DNA of 64,000 bases. It comes from Octopus sinensis (lineage: Eukaryota). Within the stretch, counting starts at the first letter, position 1. Every line of letters starts with the position of its first letter. This document shows positions 1 through 11,375 of this stretch, one piece after another. The translations under genes and the position numbers were made by a program. The notes beneath the pieces were generated by a model, which was given only the letters and a program-made list of their open reading frames with translations, was not told where the DNA came from and searched no databases. Location: contig NC_043001.1 in assembly GCF_006345805.1 (NCBI RefSeq), positions 50,158,001 through 50,222,000 on the forward strand. The letters are read 5' to 3'.

Positions 1-107
1 TAGCAATGAAGAAAATGCTTTGCTGATTTTACTCCACTTTACGTTCTGAGCGCCCAAACAGGTATGGTGAAAATGCATCTAACCGACAAGTTGATGTTTT
101 GTATATA

Positions 108-631
108 CGAGGCTGACTGTGAAGGAGTGATGCTAGAGCAGTGAAATATTGCATGCATTAATTTCATCTCTTCTTATTAATAATTGCATTGTTTCTTTCC
201 AGGTAAACGGACATCCGACTGTTCAAAGAAGACTTTAATAGTAACTGCTAGTGAATTCTTTTGGAAATGGACAAAGTTTAGCATCACGCTGTTATCAAGT
301 ACTTGCAGAAAAGATGGTTTACTCCCAAGGACATTTATACTGACATTGTTGCTACATTAGGAGATAACGCTCCAGCTTTATGAACAGTGCAAAAGTGGGC
401 AGTTGAATTTAAGTGACGAAGGGTGAGTCTTGAAGACGACCCAACGTCTGGACGTCCTGCACTTCTCACCACTAAGGTTGAAAGTTTCTTCACCAATGGG
501 ATCCAAGTACTGCAACACCGATGGAAGATGTGTGTGGACCGCAAAGGGAACTATGTTGATAAATAAGCCTTATTTCGTAAGAGTCCATGAGTGCATCTTG
601 GTCAGCCTATGAACTTTTCTGCCAAACCTCG
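108..631 (+). mobile_element. Internally deleted mariner element (family A)
   Basis: Degenerate mariner N-terminus (MDKV..HHAVIKYLQ..TPKDIYTDIVATLGDNAP..TVQKWAVEF..SLEDDPTSGRP) joined to the C-terminus (ESFFTNGIQVLQHRWKMCVDRKGNYVDK*). TA at both ends. Right TIR reverse complement is TACGAGGTTTGGCAGAAAAGTTCATAGGCTGAC; left end reads TACGAGGCTGAC. Confidence 0.85.
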
Positions 632-1561
632 TATATATGAAAAATAAGGATAAATACATGTTTGTATTAAAGTTCCTACATCCGTTTCACCCTTACAGTT
701 GTTTGGAACCCTGCTATAGATGTTCTAAATGCATATAGATGCTTAACCAAGACCAATCCTCAGGGAGCACTTGATTGTATGAATGGAACGTGTATGTGTG
801 TGTGTGTGGTGGGGGGGGGGGTGCGTATGCGTGTGTGTATACAAAGATACACACACACACGCACGCACACACACACGCACGCAAACACACACATATAGAT
901 AGATAGTGAGTGAGTAAGATGTGTGTAGCGAAAAACTACCAAAATACCTAAGCTAGGATTTGAAACCAAATATACATTTTTCCAAAAGTCATCGGCCTAT
1001 TGCTTTCTCCTTTTGCACTATGAGAATAAACTGACATCTTGGTCTTTCACGAGATATACATGGATCAGAACTGATACAGGGGATTTCTTTCTCTCATCTA
1101 ATACGTTATTTCTCTTATCTAGACGTTATTCGGCGTCTAGCCAAAGAGCACAGAACTCAAGTATGCTGGTCAATGCGCAAAAATACGTTTTTACTCTCAC
1201 GATGCTTACCCAGACTCACTCTGTCTCTCTTCAGTAGTATCTCGCAGTCGAAACTATCATACAGAATGGACCTAAGATCAACAAATAACTTTTGTACTAC
1301 TACTCGAAGCAGTTAGTTGTACTATATATATTGTAACGACATAATCACATATATAAATGACCAACTCAAAAAGCAATTTGTAATGTCCTTTAATTAATTA
1401 TTCTATGCATATTATTACGATGTGTAACAATTATGCTTGGTTACAGACTTTCATATTTTCGTTTCAGATGTTTTTGTATGTATTATTATCAGAAAGGTGG
1501 AACAAGAAACTATCTTTGTATTTTGCCATGAAAATCCCATGACGCTCATATAACACTTTTA

Positions 1562-1884
1562 TCTTTTACTTATTTCAGTCATTAGATTGCGGCCATTCTG
1601 GGGCACCGCCTTGACGAATTTTAGTCGAACAAATCGACCCCTGTACTTATTTTCTTTTTAACCTTGGTACTTACTCTATCGGTCTCTTACAGAACCGTTA
1701 AGTTACGAAGTCGTAAATTCACCAACACCGGTTGTGAGACTCACGCGCGCACACACACATATTTTATACAGATAGTCGGCCCGAGGTTATAGAAGAGACT
1801 TGCCCAAGGTGCCACGCAGTGGAAGTGAACCCGGAATCATGTGGTTGAGAAGCAAACTTCTTACCACACAGCTACTCCTGCGCT
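1562..1884 (-). mobile_element. tRNA-derived SINE family 1 (CORE-like), with tail
   Basis: Matches the copy at 35293-35772 in reverse: head with ggttc B-box-like motif, ccttgggcaagt core, tail ending ...gactgaaataagtaaaagat. Confidence 0.8.
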
Positions 1885-2833
1885 TTCGGGAACAGCAACA
1901 CCATTGATAGCGTGTTAGTGTAGAGACGCCTAACCTGGATAAATCGACCAAAACAATCAGCGATCGGCGTTCGAATGGCTCACCAAAGCACATTTATCGA
2001 TGAAGTCATCAATAAAGTTATTCGTTAAACTAATACCACAGAAAGGTAGTTAATTATATCAGTCATCGAACATGACTGATATTATTTTATCTATCTCCAA
2101 AAAGTGAAAGACAAAGTCGAGCTTCACGAACTTTCAACTCGGATGGAAAATGGGTGTAACTATGTAACGTTGTATGTACGCATATGTAAGTGGTTATTTA
2201 TATTATATCAATGTACTTTGTGTTTGTTTTTATTTTGAAAACCAGCTTTCTTAGAACAGTATGGTTTTCGATTAGTTTATAAATGATATTGGTGATGTAT
2301 ATTGAATTGGATACAAGGGCTATTTTTCCTGTAAATTATATAACTAGCCTCGTTATAAAAGGATCTTTCAAGTTCGGTCTGAGTGTAATTTAGTATGGTG
2401 AATGTTCGTTGTTTTGATAGTATGTTTCCTGAATTATTGCTATATTAATTACGTGACGATAAAATCTTTTAATTCTATAAAGGAGTTTTAATGCCGTTAG
2501 TGTTGCTTTGCAAATTTTTTAGATTCATATCATGTTTACAATGTTTGATTTTGTGTGTGAACCATTTGTTTCAAATTATTTTTCAAGGTCTGTGAAGTTG
2601 GGAAGGAAGATAATACTACTTTCTGTTTTTATTTCTGCTGTTGACGTCAGTATTATTATTGGTGTTAAGTGCGTTTTTCTGGATTATTTGTAAATAACGT
2701 TGTTTGGCAGAGTCTATGTGGGAACTTGCAAAATATTAGGAAGACTTTAAAAACATTTTTCAGCAAGACTTCCTTTTGTACCCACCCCCAAAACACCCCA
2801 TTTTAAAAAAATTAAATTTTTTCTACACAAACG

Positions 2834-3191
2834 CCCGTTTTCGGCTATGGAGAATACGAATCTGCAAAAAGAAATTGGCAAAAATCGGCATTTTGAAATT
2901 ACCCCCACCCCTCCTAATTTCTTCACTTTTAACATTTTTCAGAATTTTTTTTTTCAAAATATGCGGGAAAAGACGGAGATTATGATTCTGAAAAAAAATT
3001 CCAAAAATTTATATAGTTAGGGTTAGGGTTAGGGTTAGGGTTAGGATTTTAGGGTTAGGGTTAGAGTTAGAGTTAGGGTTTTAGGGTTAGGGTTAGGGAA
3101 AAAGTGAAAAATTAAGAAATTGGGGGTAGGGGGCAGAAATTTCAAAATGCTGATTTTTGGCAATTTTCGGAATCTCCGTATCCGAAAACGG
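2834..3191. mobile_element. Foldback element with ~100-bp imperfect inverted repeats around a telomere-type array
   Basis: 2834-2940 (ccgttttcgg..ggcaaaaatcggcattttgaaatt..) is the imperfect reverse complement of 3098-3191 (..aatttcaaaatgctgatttttggc..ccgaaaacgg). Confidence 0.7.
3016..3098 (+). repeat. Interstitial (TTAGGG)n telomere-type repeat, degenerate
   Basis: About 13 TTAGGG/TTAGAG units read directly. Confidence 0.95.
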
Positions 3192-3215
3192 CAAATTTTT
3201 CATTATAGAGACTTC

Positions 3216-3421
3216 TAAGGCGGTGAGCTGGCAGAATCGTTAGCACATCGGGCAAAATGCTTAGCGACATTTCGTCCGTCCTTACGTCCTGATTTAAAAT
3301 TCCGCCTAGGTCGACTTTACTTTTCAACCTTTCGGGGTCGATAAAATAAATACCAATTATGAACTGGAGTCGGTGTGATCAACTTGCCTCCTCCCGCAAA
3401 ATTTTAGGCTTTGTGCCTATA
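3216..3421 (+). mobile_element. tRNA-derived SINE family 2 (core resembling the Meta domain)
   Basis: Head taaggcggtgagctggcagaa..; core aggtcgactttacttttcaacctttcggggtcgataaa; many copies in the window. The domain name is from memory. Confidence 0.8.
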
Positions 3422-5159
3422 GTTTCGTGTAGAGATGTTGCTTCAGTCCCTATAGTGTTCGCATGTGCCGAGAGAAATATTTCTGTATCCATAATTTATA
3501 ATCTGACCGGCATTCTTACCGTCATCATCTTGCCTTACTGCCTGGCCTTCAATAATCAGTATTAATTCATATGTATTAAATCATATGTATTTAACAATTT
3601 TTAATTCAGTAGACTAAAATTTGAGGAGGATTTGGCTGCAATTTCTTGCAGATCAAGCAAATGCACGGAGGCTTCCTCCATTGCTTATCTACATTATATT
3701 CTCATTGGGATGTGAAATCACAAAGGTTGATGTCATTTAGCACGATTATAAGGGGAGAGAGAGAGAGAGAGAGCGTGTGCGAGTGCTATTTATACAGTTC
3801 CATGCTCTTTGCAATATATATTGTTTAACATTATTCTCAGTGGGCAATCCATACATTATCGTGTATTGCAGAAACAGTTTAAAATCATTGATGTATCAAA
3901 TGTGCTACTTTTCACAGTACTTCCTCACTCAATTTTTGTAGCAGTTTCAAAGGTATCACACATATCGCTATAAAGCAACAAAGATAAGTTATCACTGCTA
4001 AAGATTCCTCTATTGATCTTAATCTTTCTTAACACTTCAGTTTAAACTTGTTTTACACTTACTTATACTCTTTAAAATCAACGTTCTACATTCTCAGCAA
4101 TCGATACCATCCCTGAGGATATTATCCAGAAAGGAAGATTCCTGTACAGGCATGTCTTTCTTTGATGTGTATACACATGCACAGATACCAAAAGTTGATA
4201 TAAACAGCACAATCTGAACAGTAGAAATAGGCTGGATATAAAGAATACAGCATATATGTTGAGAGGAATTGAATGTTGTTTTTGGCCTCAAGTTGGCTCT
4301 AATTGAGCAGATCCATGACCAAAGGTACTCAAACTATCACCATTCAGTGAGAAATAGCCTATCCCAGCAAACATTAAGCACTGTATCTCCTACCCCTATC
4401 ACAGAGACAGCAGGCTGTGGACCAGGAGAAATTTAACTACTATTTCTAGTTGGTCGAAAGACCTCGCAGAAGGCCTGTTTTGGGCAAGATCTGGACAAAA
4501 GTTTCCTTGGACAAAGGCCCTACAAACAAAAGCCCCTCGGACAAAAGCCCTATACTTAAAGTGTGAAAGTGGACAAAGCCCCACGGTTATATTTTTCAGT
4601 TTTTTTTTTGTTGCAGTCATTAGACTGTGGCCATGCTGGGGCACCACCTTGAGGAATTTTTAGTCGAATGTATCGCCCCCAGAATTTTGTTTTAAGGATT
4701 TTCAATCAGCGCATGAAGTTAAGCCTAGGAGGTATCTTCACATGCTAGAAATAAAAGCAAAATCTCGTGAAAATTTTTTATGACCCCCTGGGTTATATTT
4801 TTTGGTTATTCTTCTTTACTTGTTTCAGTAATTGGACAGCGGCTATACTGGGGCACCTCCTTGAGAAATTTTTAGTCGAATGTATTGACCCCAGAATCTT
4901 TTTTTAGGTGACTTTCAAGCAGCACATGAAGTTAAGCCTAGAAGTTTCTCCATTTGCTAGAAATAACAGACAAATCTTAAAAAAACGATTTCTTAAAATA
5001 ATTTCACGTAAACAAAAACGGAAATCGCGGTTGTAAAAAAAACTTTGGCACTGTCATGCTTTTAGTTGTCAGGAAAGTAGAAAAAGTGTGACGTCAATTT
5101 GACGTCACTCGTCCACCTTCGTTTCTTTCCGTAGAATTTATCAAAAGGCGTGTAAATTT

Positions 5160-5431
5160 ATTCCATGTTCTGTTTAAACTTTATAAATAAATATATTCTT
5201 GCAGTGTGTGTATATGTGGCTATATGTCTGACTAATGTGTGTGTGTCTGTATTTATTGTATGTGTGTATAAGTAGTTATATGCTTATATTATCCATTATA
5301 GTAATATTTGTCTGTTGAAATCCGTTTTAAGGCGGTCAATAGTTTAATTAAAGATGTGTCTATACATGTATATATATATATATATGCATGTGTATACATA
5401 TATATGTATACACATGTATATATACACATGC

Positions 5432-5485
<54 letters not shown>

Positions 5486-5694
5486 CATGTATAGACACAT
5501 CTTTAATTAAACTATTGACCGCCTTAAAACGGATTTCAACAGACAAATATTACTATAATGGATAATATAAGCATATAACTACTTATACACACATACAATA
5601 AATACAGACACACACACATTAGTCAGACATATAGCCACATATACACACACTGCAAGAATATATTTATTTATAAAGTTTAAACAGAACATGGAAT
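5160..5694. repeat. Near-perfect palindrome: ~215-bp arms around a (TA)n-rich core
   Basis: 5160-~5375 is the reverse complement of ~5480-5694 with no mismatch seen by eye. The ORF track gives near-identical ORFs on both strands (5289..5546 -, 5308..5565 +). Confidence 0.95.
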
Positions 5695-6034
5695 GAAATG
5701 TATTTATTTATAAACTGAACTTCAAGGCGTAAATAAACGAAGGTATAAACCTGACGACGTAAATACACGAAGTTGGCGTCTGACGTCAGATTTTTCTACT
5801 TTCACTTCTGACAACTAAAAGCATGACAGTGCCAAAACTTTTACTTTCTAAAATTCCAATTTTTAAGTAAAGAAAATATAATCAATCGAAAATAAATAAG
5901 TAGAATAGAATAACAGAACACAAGACTCTTTACTACTCAATGTACATATTGTCTGAATTCTAACAAAAGGGAAAGTATTTACTTCAAAAAATGTATAGAA
6001 ACATAAAAACGATAAGAACATTTGAATGACTAAC

Positions 6035-6115
6035 CTTCGGAGCCATAATTCTGTTAACCCTTCAACGGCTGGAGAAAGTTCAAAAGGTCAGCTCATTCTC
6101 ATTAATCTGTAAGTG
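6035..6115 (-). pseudogene. Candidate leucine-rich-repeat exon with two apparent 1-nt frameshifts
   Basis: Acceptor cttttgttttcttctttcag, donor AAG|gttagt. Three successive frames give HLQINENELTF / LNFLQPLKG / LTELWLR, matching the 22-aa SDS22-type LRR consensus. Confidence 0.4.
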
Positions 6116-7056
6116 CTGAAAGAAGAAAACAAAAGACTTTAAATTTAAATTTTAAAATGCTGATTTTTCTGCGACTAAAAATTCTTCAAGGCGATGCCCC
6201 AGCATGGCCGCAGTCTAATAACCGCAACAAGTAAAAAAATAAAAAGTTCTGGCGTCGATACATTCAACTAAAATTTCTGCAAGGTGGTGCCCCAGCATGG
6301 CTGTCGTGTAATAACTGAAACAGTTAAATAAATAAAAAAATTTCTGGCATTGATACTTTCAACTAAAAATGCTTCAAGGCGGTGCCCCTGCATGGCCGCA
6401 GTTTAATGACTGAAACAAGAAAAAGATGGGGAAAAAAAGCAAACAAAAAAAGTAACCGAAAAATATAATCGAGGGGCTTTTGTCTTAGGGACTTTTGTCC
6501 TACACTCGTTTTGGGCTCATATGTGTGGTTCCTTTGATAATTGGTGGCGACAGCTGAGATGCGAAGTCTATGGGTGATTATGTAGAAGAGGAAGAATTAT
6601 TCAATTAAACAGAATACACAAGTGCAGAAATAAGTGTAGTAGTGTTATATAGTGTGCACAAATATAATATAATGGTACTGATATAATACTAATGGTACTA
6701 ATGATAATGGTACTGATGAGGGATTAACAAGTGAAAATAGATTTTATTGAGAGAATAACGAATTTAGAGAAGAGAACAATTTTTAGAAGAGCAACTTTGA
6801 TGTAGAGAAGATTTAGAGAATTGAGGATTTAATTAGAAGAACAGCAGTGTAAGAGTATCGAAAATAACTTTAGTGAATACAGGTTCTGATACTAATCGGA
6901 TACAGAATGTGTGTCGTTAGCCAGCTGGAAGAGATGTATACCTGGGGCTATAAACGTCAGTAGCACTGTCCTGTATAGGACGCTACATTTGGTTGGCAAT
7001 TATATGTTACGATTCAGTACTGCTACTGTTTGTTTCGCCCAGAGATTTAATATAGC

Positions 7057-7125
<69 letters not shown>

Positions 7126-7129
<4 letters not shown>

Positions 7130-7490
7130 GGACTCCGTCGTTAACGACGACAAGGGTTCCAGTTGATCCGATCAACGGAAGAGTCTGCTCGTGAAATTAA
7201 CGTGCAAGTGGCTGAGCATTCCACAGACACGTGTACCCTTAACGTAGTTCTCGGGGAGATTCAGCGTAACACAAAGCGTGACAAGGCTGGTCCTTTGAAA
7301 TACAGGTACAACAGAAATAAGAAGAAAGAGTGAGAGAAAGTTGTGGTGAAAGAGTACAGCAGGGTTCGCCACCATCCCCTGCCGGAGCCTTGTGGAACTT
7401 TAGGTGTTTTCGCTCAATAGACACTCACTGCCTGGTCTGGGATCCTATGACCGCGAGTTCGCTGCCTTAACCACTGGGCCATTGCGCCTT
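7126..7490 (-). mobile_element. tRNA-derived SINE family 3
   Basis: Minus strand starts gtgaaggcgcaatggcccagtggttaaggcagcg (tRNA-like A box); body ends at the (CA)n tract. Related fragments near 24040-24140. Confidence 0.7.
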
Positions 7491-7520
7491 CACACATGTA
7501 TACATACATACATACATACA

Positions 7521-7552
<32 letters not shown>

Positions 7553-7581
7553 CACATACATATATATATATATACATACAT

Positions 7582-7625
<44 letters not shown>

Positions 7626-7871
7626 CATATATATATACATATATATATACACACACGCATATATGTTTATATATATATACATACAATATAAATAATATAT
7701 ATATGCATATATACATACGTATATGTACATACCTACATCTATACGTATATATATATATATATAAGCATACGTGGGCACAGGACGTCATGAAACGTGTACA
7801 ACCAAAAAAAAAAAAAAAAAGCATTTTATAATGTTTCTTTTCTGGAAACTCGCTGCGTACCGGCAGCTGAT

Positions 7872-7920
7872 GGTTCGCGGACCAGCACCGGTCCGTGGAT
7901 CACCACTTCGAGTAGCACTG
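7872..7920 (-). mobile_element. hAT/Charlie-like terminal fragment
   Basis: Minus strand cagtgctactcgaagtggtgatccacggaccggtgctggtccgcgaacc resembles MER5/Charlie-type termini; no partner TIR found. Confidence 0.45.
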
Positions 7921-8338
7921 AGATAGATGAAATGCTGGAGGTGACTGAAACGAAAGTATTAATGATTGTAGTTGGACTAAAAAAAAGGAACCGGAGAGTT
8001 TCAAAGGCCTAATGTATATACTGGCATCAAAAAGTTTTTCCCAAAAAAGCAATCTATTTGAAACATGTAATGACTGTGACAAGTGCAAAGCATGAACATT
8101 GAATGGTCTATAGACGCTGGAAATGAAGTGAAACAGAATATGGCTCATAGGTTTGACCTACCAATTTTCCTGGAAATAAGAGTGCAAGTGATCTAGTAGA
8201 GTGGTTTGGTACGAAAGACATCGTCAGCTGATTTATGCAAGTGAGATGATTAGACTGATAGAGACAAGTGATATGAATATAATTGGGCTGATAGTAGAAA
8301 GTACTTATGGAAGAGGAAGATTTAGGGAGAGATACTAT

Positions 8339-8718
8339 CTTTTACTTGTTTCACTCATTTGACTGTGGCCATGCTGGAGCACCGCCTTTAGTCGAGCAAG
8401 TCAACCCCAGGACTTATTCTGTATGAGCTTAGTACTTATTCTATCGGTCTCTTTTGCCGAACCGCTAAGTTACGGGGACGTAAACACACCAGCATCGGTT
8501 GTCAAGCGATGTTGGGGGGACAAACACAGACACAGAAACATATACACACACATACATACGGGCTTCTTTCAGTTTCCGTCTACCAAATCCACTCACAAGG
8601 CTTTGGTCGGTCCGAGGCGATAGTAGAAGACACTTGTCCAAGGTACCACGCAGTGGGACTGAACCCGGAACCATGTGGTTGGTAAGCAAGCTACTTACCA
8701 CACAGCCACTCCTACGCC
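8339..8718 (-). mobile_element. SINE family 1, full-length
   Basis: Head, core, microsatellite linker and tail collinear with 35293-35772. Further copies or parts near 45230-45600, 47700-48060, 50640-51040, 53530-53740, 54540-55110, 55260-55470, 57390-57650, 58975-59150, 61800-61970, 62590-62720. Confidence 0.9.
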
Positions 8719-8943
8719 TATGTGATGGTAAGAATTGTTGAAGATCTCAGAATGTTGAACCTCACAACTTCACAGATTGAGAGGATTTGAGATCAACGTG
8801 GGAGTGTGGGAGTGGATCGTAAGCAATATGCTGCATTCTCAGGGTTCGCCCAACCCATGGTAACTTGGGAAGATGCCAAGTTTAAAGATCTGTGAAAATT
8901 CATGCCAACTCAGAAAGATGAACATTAGATGATGAAGATGTTA

Positions 8944-8987
<44 letters not shown>

Positions 8988-9323
8988 AAAGAAGAGGGGT
9001 GGAAGAGTGGATGAAGATGGCGATGACAATGACCACGACGATGATGATAATGACGACAATGACGATGACAATGACGATAATGACGTTGGCGACAGGTGAT
9101 GATGATTACGAAGCGATGACGACGACGTCGACGATGGTGACTACGACGACAGCGGTAGCATGATGAGTATAATGACGACGACGATGACGATGATCATAAC
9201 CATGGATGATTTGATGACGACGGTTATAATAAAAACAATAGTTAAAAAATTTCAATAAAGTCAATAAAAATCTTTAAAACAATTTATAAAATAAATTAGT
9301 CCATTGATCTCTCCTAAACTCAC

Positions 9324-9387
9324 CTGTTCCCATGGTAACGAAATATAAAAAGAAACAAGAAATCTATTGCATTCAATAAAAATTGAT
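9324..9387 (-). other. Candidate 64-nt spliced exon
   Basis: Branch-like tttaac, acceptor ttgcttcttacag, donor CAG|gtgagt. Two reading frames are open, and an accATGG start lies 10 nt before the donor. Confidence 0.35.
9326..9339. promoter_or_regulatory. RFX X-box motif
   Basis: GTTCCCATGGTAAC matches GTTNCCATGGNAAC at every fixed position. Confidence 0.4.
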
Positions 9388-9815
9388 CTGTAAGAAGCAA
9401 TAGTTAAATATAGATAGATTACAAAAGATAAAAACGAGAAAGCTTAAGAAGTTTTAAGACGGTGCCAGGAGCAAGCATGTAATGGGAAAGCCAGAGAAAA
9501 CGTCTTTAAAAAAACGACACTTAAGAAGCATATATTCTTCACAGTGCAACATCAAAGAGAGAAATGAGATTTGAGGAATTAAGCTGAGGTGCTGGTCTCT
9601 AGTGGTGTTTAAAATTTGAAGTAACAAATTTTAGTTTCAACTCTATGGGAATGGAAAAACAGGGTAATTGTATGTATGTATGTATGTATGTACGTATGTA
9701 TGTATGTATGTATGTATGTATGTATGTATGTATGTATGTATGTATGTATGTATGTATGTTTTCTATGTATGCATATATATATATAATATATATATACATA
9801 CACACACACACACAC

Positions 9816-9862
<47 letters not shown>

Positions 9863-9863
9863 A

Positions 9864-9908
<45 letters not shown>

Positions 9909-9976
9909 ACCGCGTGTGTACCGTTGGTGATTTTTTTTCCTCCGTCTTCCCTTCTTTGGGTATTTCCTTTTCCTAT

Positions 9977-10011
9977 GTTTCTGACGAAGAGCTCCGCTCG
10001 AAACGTTAAAC
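9977..10011 (+). ncRNA. Minimal type I hammerhead-like motif
   Basis: gttt-CTGACGA-a-gagc(tcc)gctc-GAAA-cg-TT-aaac: stem I gttt/aaac, stem II gagc/gctc, palindromic AACGTT in stem III. Confidence 0.55.
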
Positions 10012-10107
10012 TCTCCTTCTTTCTTTCTTTCCTGAGCGTCCAATAATACTATACTTGTTCCACGTCCTCGCGTTGTTGTGTATACTCTTTATGTTTTCAT
10101 GTTTGAT

Positions 10108-10159
<52 letters not shown>

Positions 10160-10220
10160 AATAAAATATTATTGGTGAATTGAAGAAATGGAGCTGAACG
10201 AAGATTGAACAGAATCGTTT

Positions 10221-10313
10221 TATTTCATTCTACACGTGTTTCGAAAGGCACAATTTACCAAAATCCGATTGAATAATGAGACCATATTGTGTCTTTCTCT
10301 TCAGGAAGAAATA
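10221..10313 (-). ncRNA. Type I hammerhead ribozyme (left-arm copy)
   Basis: Exact reverse complement of 11283-11375. Confidence 0.8.
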
Positions 10314-11282
10314 GGAAATCCGTTGGAAAAAAACAAAAACAGAACAGAGGCGGAGCAAAACAATCGAACTAGGCTCCTAAGAGCCATGGCAAAACTGTTT
10401 ATCAGTGTATGTTGAGAACCGGTGGTTGAAGATTTTGACGGGTCAGGCAGCGGTCATTCCTGTGGGTGAGGGTGTGTAGATGTTCTTTGTGACCGAGAAT
10501 AAAGTTCTGACTATTTAAGGAATATTGGATGTTTTATAAGGGGCGAGAAAAAATCTACTTAGAGACATGTGTGTGTTTACTGTTATATATATTGTGCTGG
10601 CGCAGGTTGGCAAGACCTCGGTCAAGGGGTAGAGAACACTTTTTGTGTACGTGTGTGCGTTTGATCGCTCGGCTGTCAGTGGTTAAGCCGCTCTACACAA
10701 TGGCTACAGCAGTAAGAACCGTTGGGTGGCAGAAAAAAATATATTATGTTTTATGTGTGCGTGTGTTCGTCTGAACCTGCTTTGTCAAGGAAAACCCCAT
10801 CGTCAAAAAACAAAAAACAAAAAACAAAGCCCCGTTTATCTTACAGGAGTAATTCCCCTTGCAGTGGTTAATCGTAATTATCTTAAAGGCTATTTCAGAA
10901 TTTGTTACCAAGGGCTATGGGTGCAGGTATTATTTATAAACACGTACACAAAAAATGTTCTCTACCCCTTGACCGAGGTCTTGCCAACCTGCGCCAGCAC
11001 ACATATATATAACAGTAAACACACACATGTCTCTAAGTGGATTTTTTCTCGCCCCTTATAAAACATCCAATATTCCTTAAATAGTCAGAACTTTATTCTC
11101 GGTCACAAAGAACATCTACACACCCTCACCCACAGGAATGACCGCTGCCTGACCCGTCAAAATCTTCAACCACCGGTTCTCAACATACACTGATAAACAG
11201 TTTTGCCATGGGCTCTTAGGAGCCTAGTTCGATTTGTTTTGCTCCGCCTCTGTTCTGTTTTTGTTTTTTCCAACGGATTTCC

Positions 11283-11375
11283 TATTTCTTCCTGAAGAGA
11301 AAGACACAATATGGTCTCATTATTCAATCGGATTTTGGTAAATTGTGCCTTTCGAAACACGTGTAGAATGAAATA
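11283..11375 (+). ncRNA. Type I hammerhead ribozyme (right-arm copy)
   Basis: CTGAAGA 11292-11298; stem II GAAAG-A-CACAAT/ATTGTG-C-CTTTC; GAAA 11354-11357; stem III loop inside palindrome ACACGTGT; UH = TA at 11364-11365; stem I tatttcttc/gaatgaaata with one bulge. Confidence 0.8.

Larger units (their letters stand above)
4480..6520. repeat. Layered inverted-repeat (foldback) region
   Basis: Paired layers: ggacaaaagccc repeats 4480-4610 vs 6430-6520; SINE-tail copies 4610-4900 (+) vs 6180-6420 (-); 5040-5100 vs 5780-5840; inner palindrome 5160-5694. Confidence 0.65.

Noticed and set aside
1215-1272. Possible minus-strand exon (SILYDSFDCEILLKRDRVSL)
   Set aside because: Adjacent sequence resembles a decayed LINE C-terminus (TSILEFCALW); no independent support.
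3016-3098. True chromosome end
   Set aside because: The array is short, degenerate, internal and enclosed by inverted repeats.
6538-6570. tggtggcgac resembling an LTR primer-binding site
   Set aside because: No LTR pair, TG..CA ends or gag/pol sequence nearby.
7404-7831. ORFs rich in YI/HT/CV/MY repeats (also near 5289, 9599, 17985, 45237, 62600)
   Set aside because: They are translations of TA, CA and TATG microsatellites.
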